Sequence record: MK250021.1
Length of the DNA: 64,000 bases
Reading direction: 5' to 3' (one strand)
Part shown: positions 60,701 through 64,000 of the stretch, one piece after another
Layout of the letters: each line of letters starts with the position of its first letter
Position numbering within the stretch: position 1 is the stretch's first letter
Made by a program: the position numbers and the translations under genes
The notes under the pieces: model-generated
What the model was told of the DNA's origin: nothing
Seen by the model: only the letters and a program-made list of their open reading frames with translations
Database searches by the model: none

Positions 60701-60838
60701 ATGGAAGAAATAATGGATGCATTACGGATAAAGGATAATAAATCCGTAAAGGTTAAAAGAATGTCAAAAATTCAATGGATTGATATAGAAACAAATGAAA
60801 CTTATTTGCTTCATATAGATATTGAGCTTTTATATTGA
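60701..60838 (+). CDS. Small hypothetical protein (45 aa)
   Basis: ATG 60701 to TGA 60836, closely packed. Confidence 0.5.
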   Translation: MEEIMDALRIKDNKSVKVKRMSKIQWIDIETNETYLLHIDIELLY

Positions 60839-61000
60839 AAAATATTTTAAAAAAATTATTGATAAAAATCAAACTTTTGAATATTTTATCAATAAATATT
60901 ATAATCAATAACGTAATTTAAAATTTATTTTAACTATCTGGTCCTGTCTGTTTGTGAAAATCGTCAGGACTTCTTTTTATTTAACATAACTCATATTATT

Positions 61001-61294
61001 ATGCAAACATTAAAAATTAAATATAAATCAGATAATATAGATATAATTAAAAAATATATACAGTAGTATAATTCTGTATATAGGGTTGCATATAATAAAT
61101 TAAATAATTCTGAACATGTTTCTTATAAAATATTATTAAAGTTGAATAATATAGAATTATTAGATAGTTGGTTTATATTATCTGCATTAACTGATGCTAA
61201 AACATTATTATCTATTATTGGTAAAGGTAATCGTAAATTTAAATTAAGCTATAATTTGACATCAGTTATTTTAAAGTTAAAAGATAAAAAATAA
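61001..61294 (+). pseudogene. Truncated, internally deleted TnpB-related gene remnant
   Basis: MQTLKIKY..QYNSVYRVAYN..LNNIELLDSWFILSA..DA then KGNRKF; no RuvC region; 97 aa, one TAG. Confidence 0.5.
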
Positions 61295-61330
61295 ATTTTA
61301 AATTGATTTTTTAATTCCAAAAATTATGTG

Positions 61331-61338
61331 TATCTTTG
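61331..61338 (+). promoter_or_regulatory. Bacteroidetes-type -7 promoter element
   Basis: atgtgTATCTTTGtattgttaataaa. Confidence 0.75.
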
Positions 61339-61388
61339 TATTGTTAATAAAATAAGATAATAAACAATTAAAAATAATATAAAGAATT

Positions 61389-61955
61389 ATGGCACAGAAA
61401 TCATCAATAGAAAGACAGCATGAATTTGATATTGCATATATGAACATGGCTCTCGCTATGAGTAAACTTTCATATGCAATTAAGAAACAAGTAGGTTGTA
61501 TTATTGTATCTAAGGATGATCAGGTAATTTCCCAAGGATTTAATGGTATGCCTATTGGAATGCCTAATATCTGTGAGGAAATCTATAATATCAATACAGG
61601 TGAACATACAACACTTGAAACTCCTGAATCATATCATGATAAGAAGAAGCAAGAGGAAATTCTTGTACAGTACCGTAATATCAATAAAGGTATGATGCCA
61701 GGCTTTCGACTTATTACAAAGGATATTACCTTGCATGCTGAAAGCAATGCAGTAACGAAACTTGCTAAGTATAATTCATCAGCAAAAGGTGGAACCGTAT
61801 ATGTAACACTTTCTCCTTGTATTCATTGTGCTAAACTTTTGGTACAATCAGAGGTATCTCGTGTTGTTTATCTTAATAATTATAAGAGTGATGCAGGTAT
61901 TAAACTTTTGGAAGAATGTGACATTGTAGTAGAGAAACTTAATATTGATGAGTAA
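61389..61955 (+). CDS. dCMP deaminase
   Basis: QVGCIIV..GFNGMP..HAESNA..VTLSPCIHCAKLLVQ. Confidence 0.95.
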   Translation: MAQKSSIERQHEFDIAYMNMALAMSKLSYAIKKQVGCIIVSKDDQVISQGFNGMPIGMPNICEEIYNINTGEHTTLETPESYHDKKKQEEILVQYRNINKGMMPGFRLITKDITLHAESNAVTKLAKYNSSAKGGTVYVTLSPCIHCAKLLVQSEVSRVVYLNNYKSDAGIKLLEECDIVVEKLNIDE

Positions 61956-62872
61956 TGAATATAGATAAATTAAAAAAAGATATATCAATATCTATTAAAG
62001 ATACATTAAAAAAATATAATTTTAATGATTCCAAAATTAATGATATTTTGGAATCATTAAATTCATATATGGATGAAGGAATAGAGTTTGATGATGAAAC
62101 ACATATTGTTTCATTCAATCCAAATCATCAAGAATATGTAGATACAAATGATCCTTGGAACCCGAAACCTATATATAATGAAGTAGAAGGTTATAAGGTA
62201 ATTTCGATATTTAAACGTAAAGAAACAGAAGATAGATATGATGGTAATCCATTAATTTATGCATTAAAAGGTTTGCATGGATGGAAATTTTCAAATCCAT
62301 CATATGATATATTTGCTTTATTACGTAGATTCGTTGCAGTTACAAAAGAATTAAAAGAAAAGTTTGATGTAATTATTACTATACCTTCTTCAAATAAATT
62401 AAATACAGAAGTATTATATAGAGTTAAAAAACTTATTACGTGCGAACATACATATACTGATTTTTTCCAGAAGCTTGATGCAAATGACGTATATGAAGGT
62501 TTTTTAAATACTGATTGGTTTGATACTCATTGTAAAAATAAAGAAGAGGAAGAAAAAATACATAAGTTAATATCAAGATCAATACGGCATATGAATTTAC
62601 CAAAAAATAAAAATGGCAATGATGGAATATTTTCATATAAATTTTTAGGTAAACCATTAAGGAATGCAATTATTCAATCTATGTATATTAATGATATATA
62701 TAAAGATGAAATTACATATGGAAAATATCTTAATGATAAGAAGATATTGGTTATAGATGATACAGTTACATCAGGTAAAACTATATCAGATTCTGCTGAT
62801 GCTATATTGGAAACTTATGCACCAAAATCAATAACATTTTTAACTTTATTTTCTCCATTAACAAAAAATTAA
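61955..62872 (+). CDS. Type I phosphoribosyltransferase-domain protein
   Basis: KKILVIDDTVTSGKT PRPP-binding loop; IITIPSS. Confidence 0.75.
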   Translation: MNIDKLKKDISISIKDTLKKYNFNDSKINDILESLNSYMDEGIEFDDETHIVSFNPNHQEYVDTNDPWNPKPIYNEVEGYKVISIFKRKETEDRYDGNPLIYALKGLHGWKFSNPSYDIFALLRRFVAVTKELKEKFDVIITIPSSNKLNTEVLYRVKKLITCEHTYTDFFQKLDANDVYEGFLNTDWFDTHCKNKEEEEKIHKLISRSIRHMNLPKNKNGNDGIFSYKFLGKPLRNAIIQSMYINDIYKDEITYGKYLNDKKILVIDDTVTSGKTISDSADAILETYAPKSITFLTLFSPLTKN

Positions 62873-62963
62873 TATTTTTTGAAAAAAAGTTTCAAAAATG
62901 AGAGACTTTTGAAAAAAATTTAGATATATATAATAAAGAAATAATTTTTAAAAACAAAAAACT

Positions 62964-63077
62964 ATGAAGCAATTTAATAACATATATAAAAATAACGTTG
63001 ATATTTATGCTGATTCATTTAATTGGTATGAACAAGATTGTTATGCAGATATGTTACGAGATATTGTGATTAGTTAA
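62964..63077 (+). CDS. Small hypothetical protein (37 aa)
   Basis: ATG to TAA after an A-rich leader. Confidence 0.4.
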   Translation: MKQFNNIYKNNVDIYADSFNWYEQDCYADMLRDIVIS

Positions 63078-63186
63078 TACGTTTATAAATAAAGAAATAA
63101 TAGTAAAACGATTAATATATTTTAAATCTTGAAACATTCTGCAATAAACAGAGAGTTTCAAGATTTTTTTCATTTATTATAGAAAT

Positions 63187-63277
63187 ACACAGATGTGCGA
63201 GTGGTTGATGCAGTTGGTCTCCAAAACCAATAACGGTATATATGTACTGTTCGAGGGTTCGAATCCTTCTCTGTGTG
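63187..63277 (+). tRNA. tRNA with CCA (Trp) anticodon and long variable arm
   Basis: Acceptor ACACAGA/TCTGTGT, D-arm TGCG..TGCA, anticodon stem TTGGT-CTCCAAA-ACCAA, about 21-nt variable arm, GAGGG-TTCGAAT-CCTTC, G73; no encoded CCA end. Confidence 0.85.
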
Positions 63278-63469
63278 CAAATTAAAAATTTATACAAATA
63301 AAATAAGAATAATATGACAAAGTTAATACGACATATACATAAGCATCGAATACAGTTATAAATTGTTGATCTTATATTATACATTATTATATATAGGATT
63401 GACATAAGAAATCATGTTCCTATATGTTTAATGATATATTGTTGTATTATATTTAGGAACACTCCATAG

Positions 63470-63544
63470 TGGGGTGTAACTCAAAGGTCAGAGTGGTATT
63501 CTTAATAAGAATACTGGTAGTGGGTTCAACTCCCACCACCCCAA
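63470..63544 (+). tRNA. tRNA with AAT (Ile) anticodon and 6-bp anticodon stem
   Basis: TGGGGTG/CACCCCA acceptor, ACTC/GAGT D-stem, GTATTC-TTAATAA-GAATAC, GTGGG-TTCAACT-CCCAC, A73. Confidence 0.75.
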
Positions 63545-63568
63545 CTAAAAATAAATTAAATTAGAAAA

Positions 63569-63817
63569 ATGGAAAAGATTAATTTAAAATCTTTAGTTAA
63601 GGGTACAGCAGACATTGTTTGTGTAAATTCAGGTGGTATTGTTGTTTATAACATTACATCAGATGATAATCATATATATTAGTTAGAAATAGATTTATCA
63701 GATAAACATGATGTAGGTGAAACAGCAGCATTCTTGCCACATTATGATAGAGCTCTTATTCTTATGAGATGGATTAGACGTTCTATAGATAATGATACTA
63801 TAATAAAGATTAAATAA
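63569..63817 (+). CDS. Hypothetical protein (82 aa, one TAG)
   Basis: ATG 63569 to TAA 63815; C-terminal LMRWIRRSI. Confidence 0.7.
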
Positions 63818-63869
63818 AAATATTTTTGATTTTTTATCAGACAAATTTTTTTATTTGAAATATATTATG

Positions 63870-63877
63870 TATCTTTG
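63870..63877 (+). promoter_or_regulatory. Bacteroidetes-type -7 promoter element
   Basis: atgTATCTTTGtattgttaataaa. Confidence 0.75.
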
Positions 63878-63992
63878 TATTGTTAATAAAATAACAAACA
63901 AAAATTGTTCTTTGAAATATTGATAACAAAATAAGAAAATAAAAATCTTGAAATTTTTTCTTAGAATATTTTTTTAATTCAAAATAAAGATG

Positions 63993-64000
63993 TATCTTTG
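63993..64000 (+). promoter_or_regulatory. Bacteroidetes-type -7 promoter element (tandem second copy)
   Basis: atgTATCTTTG at the window end; upstream block closely matches 34138-34170. Confidence 0.7.

Noticed and set aside
21281-62872. NAD+ reconstitution pathway built from the HxGH transferase and the PRTase
   Set aside because: No Nampt/Namat-like gene seen, the PRTase does not look like a PRPP synthetase, and the genes are 40 kb apart.
63496-63514. Reading the second tRNA as Leu(TAA) or as an ochre/amber suppressor
   Set aside because: Only the AAT-centred loop is symmetric within the stem, and there is no long variable arm. No CUA-anticodon tRNA was found in this window.

Overview
Very AT-rich segment of a large T4-like myovirus genome, inferred to be a Lak-like megaphage of Prevotella/Bacteroidales. 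The key to reading it is that TAG is a sense codon (Gln, genetic code 15). Many fragments in the supplied ORF track join in frame across TAG into full genes ending in TAA/TGA: tail sheath, gp5-like hub, gp15-like terminator, gp46/gp47, MoxR ATPase, M15 endolysin, TnpB, and a 2066-aa putative BACON/Ig-repeat protein. TAG-free genes include ClpX, SmpB, primase, NrdG, dCMP deaminase, a UvsY-like gene and the ORF runs behind six TATCTTTG Bacteroidetes-type promoters. The most striking element is a TnpA-less TnpB cassette at the 3' end of the uvsY-like gene, flanked by a 54-nt direct repeat whose 5 differences are all synonymous. This is the layout expected of an RNA-guided homing element that supplies a cleavage-resistant recoded gene end. 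Also notable: two structurally unusual tRNAs (a CCA anticodon on a long-variable-arm body; an AAT anticodon with a 6-bp anticodon stem), a shared (L)NES/ESLFDD leader family, lone 5'-proximal amber codons, a DGR-target-like C-type-lectin gene and a microprotein cluster. All product calls come from manual translation and motif recognition; no database searches were run. An N gap lies at 32698-33204.
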